Source: an uncultured Methanosarcinaceae archaeon (lineage in GTDB: Archaea; Halobacteriota; Methanosarcinia; Methanosarcinales; Methanosarcinaceae). Taken from it: a DNA stretch of 64,000 nucleotides. Under the pieces are notes generated by a model that worked only from the letters and a program-made list of their open reading frames with translations, searched no databases and was not told the origin of the DNA. The translations under genes and the position numbers were made by a program. Positions 13,695 to 27,018 of the stretch are shown in pieces (within the stretch, counting starts at the first letter, position 1; the number at the start of each line of letters is the position of its first letter). The stretch spans positions 544,001 to 608,000 of the forward strand of contig CAWHXP010000003.1 of the NCBI GenBank assembly GCA_963833425.1, in the 5' to 3' direction.

Positions 13695-16600
13695 AGATTT
13701 TTTTTCATAGCTTCGCGGTACATGTCTACCATAACCTCCACCCCCCGGGGTTTCGATTACAAAAAGATCTCCTTTCTTCAGTTTGAAATCAGCCAATCCT
13801 TCAACTTCGATAACTCTGCCGTATCTTCTGATAAGCGTGTTCTTTCCGCATTTTCCAGGCATTCCACCTTTGAGCCCGAAGGGAGGAAGCTTCCTGTGGC
13901 TCGAGAGGATAGCAGCATCCATATCCTTCAGGAATCTAAATTTTCGGACAACTCCATTTCCACCCCTGAATTTACCATTTCCTCCGCTTCCTTGCCGGAT
14001 GGAAAATTCCTCAAGCAAAACTGGAAACCTTGCTTCAAGAACCTCAGGATCTGTAATTCTTGAGTTAGTCATGTGAGTATGGACAGCATCTGTTCCTGAA
14101 AAGTTGGGGCCTGCGCCTGCACCTCCACATATTGTTTCATAATACTGGAAATCAGCGTTTCCGAAAGTAAAATTGTTCATCGTACCCTGAGAAGCCGAAA
14201 GCGTGCCAAGGGCACCGAACAGAGCATCAACAATATACTGTGCAGTTTCAACATTGCCTGCAACAACTGCTGCAGGAGGTTGGGGCTTGAACATAGAGCC
14301 AACGGGGATAACGATATCAAGAGGCCTTAAACAACCTGCATTCAAAGGGATATCACTTTTAACAAGTGTCCTGAAAACGTAGAGAACAGCAGCAATGCAA
14401 ACAGATGCAGGAGCATTAAAATTATTTGAAAGCTGAGAGGAAGTACCCATAAAATCGATTTTAGCACCACGGTTATTGCGGTCAATTGTGATCTTAACTT
14501 TAATTGCATTTCCATCATCTAACAAATAAGTAAATTCTCCATCCGTAAGCCTGCCAATAACTCTTCTTACGGCTTCTTCAGCATTATCTTGCACATGACC
14601 CATATAAGCTTCAACAGTTTCAACGGAAAAAACGTCGACCATTTTGCGAAGTTCCTGAAGACCGTTCTCATTTGCAGCTATCTGTGCACGAATATCAGCA
14701 ATATTCTGGTCAGGATTTCTTGCCGGGTATTTCCCCGAATTCAGCCATACTTTTAACCCTTCCTCGCAGAAACGGCCTTTTTTGACTATCTTCATGCCCT
14801 CGTTCAGTACACCTTCTTCTTCAATAGTTTTGCTGCCAGAAGACATGGATCCAGGACTGATCCCTCCTACATCTGCATGATGACCTCTGGAAGCCAGGTA
14901 AAAAAAAACCTCTCCAGAGCTGCCAAACATCGGGGTAACAATTGTGATATCAGGGAGATGAGTTCCTCCGTTATACGGGGAGTTAAGCAGATATACATCT
15001 CCTGCTTGCATTTTTTTTATTTGTGTCCTGATAAGAGCTTTTACGCATTCACCCATAGACCCCAGATGCACAGGAATGTGGGGAGCATTTGCTACCAAGT
15101 TTCCATGCCTGTCAAAAATAGCGCAGGAAAAGTCTAGTCTCTCTTTTATATTTACCGAGTGAGCAGTATTCTGCAAAGTATACCCCATTTGCTCGGCAAC
15201 TAACATAAACCTATTACTGAAAATCTCGAGCATTACAGGGTCAACATCCGTACCTAGGACTTTATGGGTTGGGAGCGAAATTCTGCGGTTCAGGATAAGA
15301 TGATTAAGTTCAGTGACCTTCCCTTCCCAACCAGGTTCAATAATAATGGTTGTATTTTTCTCGATTATAATTGCAGGTCCATTTACACAAGCCCCTGATT
15401 TTAGCTCATCCCTCTTGAGAATAAAAGTCTCATGAAACTCCCCATAACTATACATTTGACCTGTAGATACAGGTGAGAAAACAGTATTTATTTCAGTTTC
15501 CAGTGCAGTGTCAGGAAATCTTTCCATAATCCCTACTACCTCTACGGAAACAGTCTCAACAACAATGGTTTTATCCTCCATCACGAACCCGAAGTGCTTC
15601 TTGTGAAGTTCCTCAAAACCTTTCCTGAGAGTATCCTTATCAGCAAAATTCACAAGTAATTGAGTGTCTGAACCTGCATAACGCATATGTACTTTGAAGA
15701 GCATAATAATTTGGTTCTCCTGCACTCCCTGCGCCAGCATCGAAAAAAATCCTTCCTTTTTAAGCTCTAAAAATACGATTTTCAATTCCTCTATCAGCTT
15801 GTCCGACAATTCACCCCCTATGTATCGTTCTTTTATCAATCTCTGATCTGCAAGTCCTATACCATATGCTGAAAGAACGCCCGCAAACGGATGAATGAAG
15901 ATGCTTTTAATACCAAGACTGTCTGCAACCCTGCAGGCATGCTGTGCAGCTGCTCCTCCAAAACAACAAAGGGTATATTCTGTTATATTGTGCCCCTGCT
16001 GGACCGAGACTTTCTTGATGGCGTTTGCCATATTCTCGACTGCGACGGAAAGAAATCCCTCTGCAACCTGCTCAGGTGTCCGAAAACCACTTTCGTTTGA
16101 AATCTCTTTTGCAAGCTCTGCGAATTTCCTGCGCACAGGTTCTGAGTCAGGAGATTGATCTGCGTTGAGCCCGAAAAGCTTTGGGAAAAATTCGGGCCGC
16201 AATTTTCCGAGCATTATGTTGCAGTCGGTAACTGTAAGGGGTCCGCCTTTTCGGTAACATGCAGGACCAGGATCCGAACCTGCAGATTCTGGACCTACCC
16301 TGAACCTACCTTTGTCGTAATTAAGTACGGAACCTCCACCTGCTGCAACAGTATGGATGCGCATCATAGGAGATCGCAAGCGTACACCCGAGATCTCGGT
16401 TTCAAGACTGCGCTCATACTCCCCGCTGTACTGAGCTACATCTGTAGATGTCCCCCCCATATCAAAAGTAATGATTTTTCGTACCCCTGCCACTAGAGAT
16501 GTTGCAACGGCCCCAACAATTCCACCCGCTGGCCCGGACAGAATACAGTTCTTACCTTGAAAACCTTCTGCATCGATAAGCCCTCCACTGGATTGCATAA

Positions 16601-17471
16601 ACATGAGTCTGGTATTTCGTTTTTCTCTTTTCTCCTGTCGTTCTTTTCGGTTTTTTTCTCGTTTTCCTTGCCAGTCTTTCGTTTTTCTTTTTACCTCTCC
16701 TTCCTTCCTTCCTTTTTCTATTTTTTCTTGCCCCTCTTCTTCCTGTTCCCCTTCTATTTCTTCTACCCCTTCATTCAGAGTTCTCTGAACCATGTAAACG
16801 TACTTTCTGAGAACAGGAGATAGATATGCATCTACAACAGTCGTTTCTCCTCGAATCACGAGTTTTATCAGTGGACTCACCTGATGAGAAAGGGATACTT
16901 GTGTAAAACCTATCTCTCTGGCAAGTCTTCCAAGCCTAAGTTCATGCTTCGGATATTTATACGCGTGCATCAGGACGATGGCAACTGATCGAATTCCGGC
17001 TTTGAAGGCCACAAAAAGTTCTTTTTTTGCATCTTTAAGATTTATGGGCACAAACTCTTTTCCATCTGCTCCTAATCTTCCAGACACCTGGATAACCCTT
17101 TCGTACAACTGAGCTGGGAGTTCAATTTTCTGAGCAAAAATATCTGGGCGATTTTGGTACCCTATCCTTAAAGCATCCCCAAAACCCTGAGTTACAACAA
17201 GAACAGTGCGCTCTCCTTTCCGTTCAAGGAGAGCATTGGTACCTACTGTTGTCCCCATTTTCACGGTCCCTATTAATTCCGAAGGCAGAGGGGCATCTTT
17301 GGCCAGCCCCAGAATATGACGAATTCCATGTATCGCTGCATCCTTATATCGGTAGGTATCTTCAGAGAGAAGCTTGTGTGTGATTAGTTTTCCTTCAGGG
17401 CTGCAGGCTATAATATCAGTAAATGTGCCTCCTCGGTCTATCCAGAATTGCCATTGAGCTTTGGGAGACAT
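13644..17471 (-). CDS. 5-oxoprolinase / hydantoinase A+B fusion
   Basis: 1275 aa; [38 protein letters not shown] and ETPGGGG motifs. Confidence 0.93.
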   Translation of the reverse strand: MSPKAQWQFWIDRGGTFTDIIACSPEGKLITHKLLSEDTYRYKDAAIHGIRHILGLAKDAPLPSELIGTVKMGTTVGTNALLERKGERTVLVVTQGFGDALRIGYQNRPDIFAQKIELPAQLYERVIQVSGRLGADGKEFVPINLKDAKKELFVAFKAGIRSVAIVLMHAYKYPKHELRLGRLAREIGFTQVSLSHQVSPLIKLVIRGETTVVDAYLSPVLRKYVYMVQRTLNEGVEEIEGEQEEEGQEKIEKGRKEGEVKRKTKDWQGKREKNRKERQEKREKRNTRLMFMQSSGGLIDAEGFQGKNCILSGPAGGIVGAVATSLVAGVRKIITFDMGGTSTDVAQYSGEYERSLETEISGVRLRSPMMRIHTVAAGGGSVLNYDKGRFRVGPESAGSDPGPACYRKGGPLTVTDCNIMLGKLRPEFFPKLFGLNADQSPDSEPVRRKFAELAKEISNESGFRTPEQVAEGFLSVAVENMANAIKKVSVQQGHNITEYTLCCFGGAAAQHACRVADSLGIKSIFIHPFAGVLSAYGIGLADQRLIKERYIGGELSDKLIEELKIVFLELKKEGFFSMLAQGVQENQIIMLFKVHMRYAGSDTQLLVNFADKDTLRKGFEELHKKHFGFVMEDKTIVVETVSVEVVGIMERFPDTALETEINTVFSPVSTGQMYSYGEFHETFILKRDELKSGACVNGPAIIIEKNTTIIIEPGWEGKVTELNHLILNRRISLPTHKVLGTDVDPVMLEIFSNRFMLVAEQMGYTLQNTAHSVNIKERLDFSCAIFDRHGNLVANAPHIPVHLGSMGECVKALIRTQIKKMQAGDVYLLNSPYNGGTHLPDITIVTPMFGSSGEVFFYLASRGHHADVGGISPGSMSSGSKTIEEEGVLNEGMKIVKKGRFCEEGLKVWLNSGKYPARNPDQNIADIRAQIAANENGLQELRKMVDVFSVETVEAYMGHVQDNAEEAVRRVIGRLTDGEFTYLLDDGNAIKVKITIDRNNRGAKIDFMGTSSQLSNNFNAPASVCIAAVLYVFRTLVKSDIPLNAGCLRPLDIVIPVGSMFKPQPPAAVVAGNVETAQYIVDALFGALGTLSASQGTMNNFTFGNADFQYYETICGGAGAGPNFSGTDAVHTHMTNSRITDPEVLEARFPVLLEEFSIRQGSGGNGKFRGGNGVVRKFRFLKDMDAAILSSHRKLPPFGLKGGMPGKCGKNTLIRRYGRVIEVEGLADFKLKKGDLFVIETPGGGGYGRHVPRSYEKKSGSVAKTSKKICKSISN

Positions 17472-17654
17472 TAAAGGAACAATTGTATAAGTTGTATTAA
17501 TTATTAATCCTGAAAACTCTAGAATTGATTTTTTTTCACATCAATACCTGCTTTCGCTCATTTACACATTCTTACACAATTTTCAAAATATCAATAACTT
17601 TTAAACGTCAGCTTTTTGGAAATCCTTTATACCATGAAGTTGCAATGAATCAGC

Positions 17655-19310
17655 ATGAAAACATACCAGGGAATAGTTGTCGATGCTATTTCCAAGAAGC
17701 AGTTCAAAGGTGAGATTGCTGTTGAAAATGGAAAGATCGTTCGTTTAGAAGAGAAGGAGCATGATAATGAGCAGTACATCCTCCCAGGTCTTGTAGACGC
17801 CCATGTGCATATAGAAAGTTCTATGACCATGCCCTCGGTTTTTGCCAGAATGGCTGTTGCAAGAGGTACGGTTGCTGTGGTTAGTGACCCTCATGAGATT
17901 GCAAACGTGATGGGAGAAGAAGGCATAGATTACATATTGGAAGATTCCAGAAAAGCCCCTATGAAAATCTTTTTTGGAGTCCCCTCTTGTGTGCCAGCCA
18001 CACCATTCGAATCTGCAGGATCAGTACTAGATGCAATAGCTGTGAACCGTTTGCTAGCAAGGGCGGATCTATACTACCTCGCCGAGGTGATGAATTTCCC
18101 AGACGTGGTCTCGGAATCTCCTGAATTAATGGCGAAAATTGAATCAGCCAAAAAATATAACAAAGTTATAGATGGTCATGCGCCTGGTTTGAGAGGTGCC
18201 GACCTACAGAAATACGTGAGCTCAGGAATTTCCACAGATCATGAATGCCTTACTTATGAAGAAGCGGTTGAGAAAATAAAGCTCGGAATGAAGATACAGA
18301 TTCGAGAGGGAAGTTCAGCCAGATACTTCGAAACCCTTTATCGTTTGATATATGAATACCCAGAATCCGTTATGCTTTGCACCGACGATTCTCATGCCAA
18401 TACTCTGATACATGAAGGACATATCGATAGGCTAATACGAAGCGGATATCAAAAAGGACTTGATATCTATAACCTGATTCAAGCAGCAGTGATCAATCCT
18501 GTTGAGCACTATGGCCTTAATGTAGGGCTTTTGCGCAAGGGAGACTCTGCAGATTTCATTATCGTAGACGATCTAAAATCATTCAATGTGTTGAGTACCT
18601 TCATTGATGGAAATTGTGTTTATGATGACGGGAAGGTGCTTTTCCCGATTGAAAAAATTTCTGCAAAAAATGTTTTCAACAGAAATGAAATCTCAATTGA
18701 AGATATAAAAATATCTCTGCCATCTGCAGACAATAGAAGGGAGCAGAGGAGAAATATCAGGGTGATAGTTGCCCAGGATGGAGAACTTGTCACAGGCCAA
18801 GAATTAGCCCTGGCAAAAGTAGAAGACGGTAATCTAGTTTCAGATCCAGATAGGGATATTTTGAAATTGGTTTTCCTGAGCAGGTATAGAAATTATCCTG
18901 TTCAAATTGGTTTCATAAAGAACATAGGCCTGAAAAAAGGCGCTATTGTGAGCAGCATTGCTCATGACAGTCACAACATTATTGCAGTCGGGACCACTGA
19001 CAAAGATATCGTGGAAGCTGTCAATAGGCTAGTGGAAAATAAGGGGGGAATAGTTGTAGGAACTGCAGGAGATCTACATGATCTTCCGCTAGAGGTTGCA
19101 GGCCTTATGAGCATTCGGAGTGGAGAAGAAGTAGCTTCTCGATACAAGCTACTGAATGAAGAAGCTCGGAAACTTGGAACCTCGCTGAAGTCCCCCTTTA
19201 TGACTCTTGCATTTATGTCGCTTCTGGTAATTCCTGAACTTAAACTGGGAGATAAGGGGTTATTCGATGTAACAAAATTCGAATTTGTCGAGCTTTTCGC
19301 AAAGGAATAA
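17655..19310 (+). CDS. ade: Adenine deaminase
   Basis: DAHVHIESSM, DPHEIANV, STDHEC, REGS, CTDD and AHDSHN motifs. Confidence 0.95.
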   Translation: MKTYQGIVVDAISKKQFKGEIAVENGKIVRLEEKEHDNEQYILPGLVDAHVHIESSMTMPSVFARMAVARGTVAVVSDPHEIANVMGEEGIDYILEDSRKAPMKIFFGVPSCVPATPFESAGSVLDAIAVNRLLARADLYYLAEVMNFPDVVSESPELMAKIESAKKYNKVIDGHAPGLRGADLQKYVSSGISTDHECLTYEEAVEKIKLGMKIQIREGSSARYFETLYRLIYEYPESVMLCTDDSHANTLIHEGHIDRLIRSGYQKGLDIYNLIQAAVINPVEHYGLNVGLLRKGDSADFIIVDDLKSFNVLSTFIDGNCVYDDGKVLFPIEKISAKNVFNRNEISIEDIKISLPSADNRREQRRNIRVIVAQDGELVTGQELALAKVEDGNLVSDPDRDILKLVFLSRYRNYPVQIGFIKNIGLKKGAIVSSIAHDSHNIIAVGTTDKDIVEAVNRLVENKGGIVVGTAGDLHDLPLEVAGLMSIRSGEEVASRYKLLNEEARKLGTSLKSPFMTLAFMSLLVIPELKLGDKGLFDVTKFEFVELFAKE

Positions 19311-20249
19311 ACATAAAAGAACTGCAGGAGTCAGTAAAATATTCATTCCCACTTAATTATCACAATAAATCGCGACTAGAAAGAACTGCTCATTAACATG
19401 AAGTTTATGGATATAGCTAATATAGCAGAGCATTGTAATTTTTACAGAGGCCTTAAAGTTAGTTTTTTATCCAATCGCACTTGAAGCATTTATTGATGAC
19501 ATTTTTGATAAAGTCGTTTCCAAAAGCTATGAAGTTGCTTCCTTTACCATGTAAATTTAATGTTTTTCACATTCCTGAGTTCAATAATTGCGTAATTTTC
19601 AGTGATGCATAAAGTATTCTTCTTTTGGTGATCTTCCCTTCGACTGATGATATTTTCCATATCAGAAAACTTTTTCTCACAGATATCTTGCCCTTGCTGT
19701 CCGTGACAATTATTTTAACCCCAATTCATTTACCTTCTTTACGAGCTCTTAATCAGTGACTAATGCATCACTGTAAAGATATTTTCCTAATTTTTGGTTT
19801 GCCTCTGTCTGAATGCTTTCCCTCAAAAAATAATTTCTCACACATATAACCTTCTATTAAAACAAATGAAATGAATAAAAAAAGTTGATCTGAAAAAGGT
19901 TTTCCATGCATATAGATTATCTTTCGTCGATTTACTGTAAATAAAACACTGCACAAGACGATGTTTTTAGTATTATGTTCACGGAAGTTCAGTTCCTATT
20001 AGCTGCTCCTCATATAATTTATTTAATAATGATTATTGATGATATTAAAAGCATAATAATTTGCCACTATTATAAAACTGTAAATGTGTTATAATGTTTA
20101 ACTTTTATTTTTAGTTAATAAATTAACATATTTAATATCCAAATTTTCTAATGACCACCATTGAGGACTCTTCATACATTTTAGATATACTACTTACCGT
20201 CTGTAAAATTGTTGTTGTTTCTGTGAAACATTTTGTCTATCAACATTCG

Positions 20250-20430
20250 CTAGTTGTGCATCAGCTCTACATCATTTAACGTAGATGTGTAAAGCTGTGT
20301 TAGCTTGTGAGAATTTAATGTATTAGAGGAAATACAAAGATATGCTCTTACTGCTGCAGCTGTCATTGTTACTACAAACAAGATTGCCAGTATAATAGCG
20401 AGTGGTCTTTTGATTCTGTTAGATTCGATT
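20250..20430 (-). pseudogene. Remnant of a small secreted-protein gene (signal-peptide-like segment only)
   Basis: KRPLAIILAILFVVTMTAAAV resembles a signal peptide; no clear start or mature domain. Confidence 0.3.
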
Positions 20431-21175
20431 CCATATGTTAAGTCTCCTGATATTATATATAGAATTGATTTTACCATGATTATTAATGATTATTTGGAGC
20501 TTAATAAGTTTTTTGTATAAAAAAGTTAATATATATTGAAATTAGTACCAACATCATGAGACACTAAAAATTGAATTTATATAAAGTTTTCAGACCTAGA
20601 ACTCCAACTGTTTATTTTCGTAGTTTGCTTATTCACCATTATAGCATTCCCAAAAGAAAAGTAATTACTTCATTGAAATCAAATTCTCAAAACATTTACT
20701 TAACCTACTACCAATAAATAGTCTAGTTCAAAAGTAGAAGAGAACAGCTTACAACGTTAACTCTATAAAATCGATACCAAGGCTTATTTTTCAATCTTCC
20801 TTAAATTTGGATATATTTATTATCTTTTCCACTCTGAATTTCAGATTTCAAGCAATTAGCAGCTTTTCAGACCAATCCGTACATTTTAAGAGACTCAGAG
20901 GTTGGGACCGTTGCAGAGATTAGGATTGAATGTCCATGAATAAAGACAGATCATTTAAATTCAGCATGAATTATATATCAATTATTTATATTTAATTTTA
21001 TCATATATACAAAAAAAACTAAAATATCAAAGTGAGGTTTCAGAAATGTATTTTTGCCCAAATAGCCGTTTGACTCTATAAAGTCTCATGAGATTATTTC
21101 CAACTACATAAATATATAAGAATAAAATACTGCTCTGATTGAGATGCAGGAAAAAAAGTTACAAAATAATGTTAA

Positions 21176-22399
21176 CTATACATTAAAAAAATCCAACGTA
21201 GTTTGAAAACGTAAGTCTGAAAGCATGATCGCCTTTTTCAACCATTCAGTTTTCGGTATGCTTACCCTGCCTGCGAGGTCTGAAACTGCTGATGTTAGAG
21301 AATCAAATTTATGAGGGGGATTTTTAAGAGCTTTTCTCATGCCTTCCCGAACTACCCACACCCCAAGAGGAGCCCAGTAATGAGGAGTAATTTCCCTTAG
21401 AACGAAAACAGAAGCCTGTTTTCGGATTTCAGTAAGATATTCAAGCACAGCCAACCTTGTGGCATAATAACCTCCTGCTAGAATAGAATATCCTTTTTTC
21501 CCGTTGGGCCCTTCACTGTCTTCACCAATCCAAACTGATTCCCCAGACCAGATTGTATTTGGGAGCCACATCTCAATAAGTTCGAAAGAATAAGTTCGAG
21601 GAAGAATGAGGACTTCAAAGTGGTTCCCGAAATGAGTCCCGCTGAAAAGCAAAATATCGGAAATTAAGGAAAAGTCCTTTATGTGATCTGCAAGTTCCTT
21701 TCCGGCCATATCATCAACTGCTGTTATTGACCAGCGAGTAGGAACTAATTTTCTTTCTTTCCCGAGTAAGCCGATTGAAAAAAGGCGCGTGATGTGTTCT
21801 ACTGTGACATTATTTTCCAGAAGTTCGGTAATAGCATCTCTTGCCAGAGAATCAGTATCATAGACGAGGTAATCTACTTTTCGTGGAACTTTGGGATTTT
21901 CTGTAAGTTCAAAATTTTTTACAAGGCCTGATGGACCCATAGGCATGAGAATGGTATCAAAATTCAGTTCTTGCTTTGGAATTTTGTAAAACCAGACCTC
22001 AGTATCTACTGGTTTTCGGGAGAGAGCGAGTTCCTGAGCTTTTATAAGAAGGGGGTTTTCTTTTCTGCGTGCGTCTTTTACGTGGAAATTTGTATTTGCC
22101 CTAACCATACGGGAACGCATGAAGATTATATCTTCAATTTGCATGTTTGCCCAGGCTGAAGGATCTTCCAGGAAAAAGGCTTCATTTTCCTTTGTCAACG
22201 GGGAAATTATTGGACCTGCTGTAATCTTAGGAAAGCCATAACTACCAACAAAAACAGACGGGGGAGATACTCCAAAAACAGAAGATCCTGAGATAGCGGG
22301 AGCGATCGATTGTAAGGACCTATATTTTTCAAAAATTGGACAAAGAGGACGCCCGCAAATTCTTTTCCCTTTACATTTGATACACAGCGTTCCACTCAC
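21176..22399 (-). CDS. nreA: Nre-family DNA repair protein
   Basis: N-terminal CxxC...CxxxxC, SPPSVFVG, RKLVPTRWSITAVD and a C-terminal PIP box QTTLDFF. Confidence 0.92.
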   Translation of the reverse strand: MSGTLCIKCKGKRICGRPLCPIFEKYRSLQSIAPAISGSSVFGVSPPSVFVGSYGFPKITAGPIISPLTKENEAFFLEDPSAWANMQIEDIIFMRSRMVRANTNFHVKDARRKENPLLIKAQELALSRKPVDTEVWFYKIPKQELNFDTILMPMGPSGLVKNFELTENPKVPRKVDYLVYDTDSLARDAITELLENNVTVEHITRLFSIGLLGKERKLVPTRWSITAVDDMAGKELADHIKDFSLISDILLFSGTHFGNHFEVLILPRTYSFELIEMWLPNTIWSGESVWIGEDSEGPNGKKGYSILAGGYYATRLAVLEYLTEIRKQASVFVLREITPHYWAPLGVWVVREGMRKALKNPPHKFDSLTSAVSDLAGRVSIPKTEWLKKAIMLSDLRFQTTLDFFNV

Positions 22400-22959
22400 T
22401 TTGAATCCATGTCCTCACATCTGAATGCAAGCTTTAACTTCAAGAACTTACCTATATAGCAAATAAGATTTCCGAACAAAACTACAAACAAAGTACATGC
22501 TTTTTATTTTTTCCGAAAATAAGCTTCTATTAAAAGTATCAAAGCAAAATTTTAAATTTATCTCTGTGAGTCCTCATAAAAGTCAACTTCAGCTTCAAGT
22601 TTCTCACCGACTTCTGAGATACTGTAACTTTAAATATTCCAGAATATCCGCCAAAACTTGCAATGTATACATTATTCCAGAAAAATCATTGTTCTCGTAA
22701 GCTAGCCCGGATTTTAGGCAAGATGCTCTATACCATAATTTCACAAATTGTTTTCATAAGAACCAAGATCTAAATAATAAAGTAAACTTTACTATACATG
22801 TACCGTTGTTTTTAATATTCAAGTAGAAATTAGGTCTCCCTCAATGCACCATATAGACAACGCATGTTACCGCAAAACTTGCAAGAGTAAATACAATTTC
22901 GAACCTGGAAATAGTACATTCATTTCTCATGCCTCTTTTCTTATAAAGGCTGTCAAAGT

Positions 22960-23268
22960 TTAATTTTTAATTTGTTCAGCAGAGAAACCCTTTTCCATGA
23001 GGACTTCTTTCATGCGGGCCAGGTGATTTCCTTGAAGTTCCACAGTATTTCCTTTTACAGTGCCACCGCATGCAAACTTTGATTTAAGATAAGTAGACAG
23101 TTCGTGCAGATCAATTTCACTAGCGTCGAAGCCTTCCACAACAGTAACTTCTTTCCCATATCTTCTTCTATTTATTTTCACTGTAATTCTCTGTTGCTCT
23201 TTTGCAACCTCTTCGCATACGCAAAGTTCTTTTGGAAGCCCGCATACCGGGCACATTCCGCTGCTCAT
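22960..23268 (-). CDS. sui1: Translation initiation factor aIF1 (SUI1/YciH)
   Basis: [31 protein letters not shown] and ELQGNH motifs. Confidence 0.95.
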   Translation of the reverse strand: MSSGMCPVCGLPKELCVCEEVAKEQQRITVKINRRRYGKEVTVVEGFDASEIDLHELSTYLKSKFACGGTVKGNTVELQGNHLARMKEVLMEKGFSAEQIKN

Positions 23269-24026
23269 TTGTTGGCGTATCCTCCAAATTTGTAATAATT
23301 ATATGTGTAATTTACATCCAAAAATGACTGAAAAGACATCAAGTACTTATCAATGAAGGTATTAAAGCCTAATGGTATTATTCTGCCACTTTATGCTGAA
23401 TTTAGGTTTATGGACAAAAATTGTTGCAGTACAAAAATCAGTCAAAGCTTTATTATTATTTCCAATTTTTGATATGACAGATTATAACTACATAAATAAA
23501 ATTAATACCAGTGTAACGTTACATGATAATTATGACATCAAGTGAAAAGGCGAATCTTGATTTTTAGTCCATTCAGGATCTAGATCATCTTTGTCAAGTG
23601 TTTGATATTTTCATTATTAAAGTTTCCATCGCAACATATGTTTTACTTTTCATGCACTGAAGTATATCAGCTCTAACTAACCTCAATAAAATAAAGCAAC
23701 AATATCTGAAAAAGCTACTAAGTGGATTTTGGAATTAGCTCAAACAAAGAATGGAGTACTACCGAAGAGCTAAACTCCCCATGAATCTTAATCTCAAATC
23801 TACAAGGAAAAACATTAAAAGCGTCTCTATTGCTGGATAGAGCGTTTTCTATCCACAACAGTTTCAATTTTAGATATTCCTGAATTATTGAAGAGGATTC
23901 CAATCTATCACTAATTTTCATTTCGCGAGAATCACGTCCAAATTTTCCCAGCTAATTTCTATATTTGACCATATTTATTCTAGTCTGATCATCATTCTTT
24001 GACTTTAAATATAGCTTCTGCTTTTC

Positions 24027-24790
24027 TCAAAATATTCCTTTTATTTTTAATGTCATCAACTGATAAAGATTCTAAAAAAGCTGAACACAAAATCTTTGGA
24101 TTCATCCTTTGGAAAGCAGTAATCAGAACTTTACATGCTTCGAATACTGATTTAGTTACCGCATAGATTCATTTAGTTGGGGCCCGTTTTGAACTGATCT
24201 TCTTGTGTCCTAATATATCACTCATCAACAGATGTATCTTTTTATACTGACCATTTCATTATTGAATCAAACTTTTTGATTTGCTCCAAAGTACCCTGTT
24301 TCTCTTAAAAGAGTTACTTTTTCTGACAAATTTGGACTCGAATCATGAAGATTAGTTGTTGTTTTGAATCTTCAGATAAATTCATAATCCAAGTTTATTA
24401 TACTATAAATTTTATATCCAAAGTATGACTCAATATCCTTTTTTGCGTAGTTATTGTCTCTGATTTACCTTATTTTTGCTTATTTTTCTATACATTTATC
24501 TAGTTTTTCTGTCCAGGATCTGACTGGATAAAAATAGATATATGAATTAATCCCTTTTTTATTTTCAAAACCAAGTTCTGAATGATCAGACTGCGATAAT
24601 ACCTGAATGTATCAAGAAAAACCAAGAAAATTCCCTGGGGAAAAAAAATCAATACATTATTTTTCAAGTTCAAAATTTGAAAGATGATGCCATTTCTGTA
24701 AAAAACATTTTAAACATAATTATTACTTCGATTCAGGTTTTACTCAAGAAACTGTTTTGTTAAAATATATAATTCAAAAATGATACTAAA
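24027..24790 (-). mobile_element. Highly degenerate IS5-family remnant
   Basis: Minus strand gives IFIQSDPG, KKISSKRAP and NLYQLMTLKIKG, paralleling the transposase at 34371-35298. Confidence 0.65.
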
Positions 24791-25158
24791 TGATTCCTAA
24801 GTAATTAAGGGATCAATCTCAGAAAGTTTGTCTCTAATTGACTGAAGACGTTTGTATCAATTTTTTAAAATAAAAATGAGCTAGAGTTTTCACATGTAAA
24901 AAAATAATTATTAATATTTAAATTCTCCAATACTTAAATGTAAAGGAGTTTTTGAAATTTTTCGTAGGTAAAATATAGGTATGCTACGATAAATCCATTA
25001 TTCTCATTTCATGAAGTATTAGTTTTTCACGTGAATACTATGATCGAATTAGCGTTGTTTGAGATCTTCGTACAATATTTATAGGTATTTTGTAAAATGA
25101 TATTTAGTTCATTTATCCCCAGATATAGTGGCTTGATCTGTATTTTTATTTTTAAGTC

Positions 25159-25680
25159 TCATCCTATTTTTTTAAGCGCGAGTTCGATGGCATCTATAAG
25201 GCTGTCTTTCGGGATGATGGTTGTCACAGGGATATTGATAATTTTTTCTATAGTTGGGCTTACTATTGGAGCACATACCAGGGCTTTTGCTCCATCTCTT
25301 TCAGCGTTAACAGCTGCTATTATTGCTTCTTCCATTGATGTTGCTGAATATTCCCTTATTGTAACCAGCCTGCCAGCTATTTTTTTTTTAGTTTCTACGA
25401 TATTGTCAAGTACCGAACGAGCTGCAATTACTGCTATAAAATCTTCCCTGTCCGATTCATTAATATCCCGAATTGTTTTCACTATCTGACGGAGGGTTTT
25501 GATATTTGGATCTCGGTTACCTGATAGGATTTTATATAGGGTGCTTGGAGGGATATTTGCTTTTTTGGCAAAATCTATGGCTGTGAGGTTAAGGTCCTCT
25601 TTAATAACAATCGAAAATGTTTTTTGAAATACAGCATCTGATTCGAAAGCTGATTTGATAACTTTATCTGCAGCATTCAT
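25159..25680 (-). CDS. HTH (XRE-like) transcriptional regulator; likely start MNAADK at 25680
   Basis: FAKKANIPPSTLYKILSG.RDPN helix-turn-helix; the ORF extension to 26022 overlaps an opposite-strand gene. Confidence 0.85.
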   Translation of the reverse strand: MNAADKVIKSAFESDAVFQKTFSIVIKEDLNLTAIDFAKKANIPPSTLYKILSGNRDPNIKTLRQIVKTIRDINESDREDFIAVIAARSVLDNIVETKKKIAGRLVTIREYSATSMEEAIIAAVNAERDGAKALVCAPIVSPTIEKIINIPVTTIIPKDSLIDAIELALKKIG

Positions 25681-25842
25681 GAGATTCAACCTCTGAAATT
25701 CTGTAAAGACTTTCAATAGGTATAAATATTTTGCACCTAAAGGGAGTTTGGACCAGATTGAAAGATATCCTGATGTATTAATACATTTGGTATATAATGG
25801 TATTTCCCGAATTTTTTCAGTTGCAAGAACAAGAGAAAAACT

Positions 25843-26400
25843 ATGGGTGGAAATATTTTGATTGTCTCGGGGCTTGGTGACTCCGAAAAAGACCATGGGC
25901 AAACGCATTGGGAGAAAGACCTTCTCAATTGTAGTCGTGTTGTTCAACACGATTGGGAGCAACCAGCCGCGAGCTACTGGCTTGCGACTTTGTGCGAAGT
26001 GGTGGAAAGGTCTAACCCTCATATCCTACTTGTAGCACACAGCCTCGGATGCTCTTTGGTGGCCTATTTTGAAGCAAAGCCCTTAGCGAAAAAAGTTATT
26101 GGGCTTTTTTGGTAGCTCCTCAGAACATTGATTATTTAATCAAAGAAGATGGGGAGCTTTCCCAGTTGATGGGCTCATTCACTTTAATGCCTAAAGAAGC
26201 CTTGCCATTTAAGTCTGTTGTCGTTGCCAGTAGTAATGACCATTATTCAACCACTGATAGCTTTCTAAGCCTCTCAAAGGCTTGGAAAGCATTTTTTGTG
26301 AACACTGGACACGGACACATTAGTGCAGAATAAGGACACGGCCCTTGGCCTGATGGAAGACAGTTGCTCAAGAACTTTTTCACACCATCGCACCCTGAAA
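25843..26400 (+). pseudogene. RBBP9/YdeN-family alpha/beta hydrolase, disrupted
   Basis: ILIVSGLG..HW, VAHSLG, LVAP, VASSND and GHI motifs; frameshift near 26105 and TAA at 26331. Confidence 0.8.
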
Positions 26401-27018
26401 TTGTAAAATGTAAAAGCATGTGTGGATGGAGTAACTTTGGGGAGGAAGAAAATATTCGATTGCGAATTTGGAATGTTTACAATTGTTTATGCTTGTCTTC
26501 GATTTTCGTTGCCTTTTGTTTAGATTTAACAGTAAGCCATAAATCCATATAAGCCGAATTTAAGCCTTGTTACACCATAGCCGCAATGACAAGTAAATTA
26601 TGGCTACTTTCAAAAAAAGTACAAAAATGGCAAGTTCAAAAGGTGTTGGCTACCCGATGATGATGTGGCCATGGACACTATGGTTGTCATGGATATTATG
26701 GTAGTTATGGTCATCAAGCCAGCTAGATGCTATAGGTAAACGATGTAATAGTTCACCCCACATAAGGCTACCGTATATCTTAACTTGAAAATGTTCCACA
26801 TGAGTTTAATTAAACTAGAATCCTCTTACAAAAAAGGATAGCTCCGATACGAATTTCTATGAGAAAGCTATCAATGTTAAACAAAACAGAAAAATTATTA
26901 ATAAAAATTAAAATATGACGCTCAATTGCCACTGCTTTCCGAATGTGTGATTTGAACGTATTAATGAACGATGAAGTCTGCCGGAAAGATAAAAAAGTAA
27001 GACTTCTTTTGATTAGAC

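Noticed and set aside
25681..26022. N-terminal extension of the HTH regulator ORF
   Set aside because: It overlaps the opposite-strand hydrolase; the plausible start is 25680
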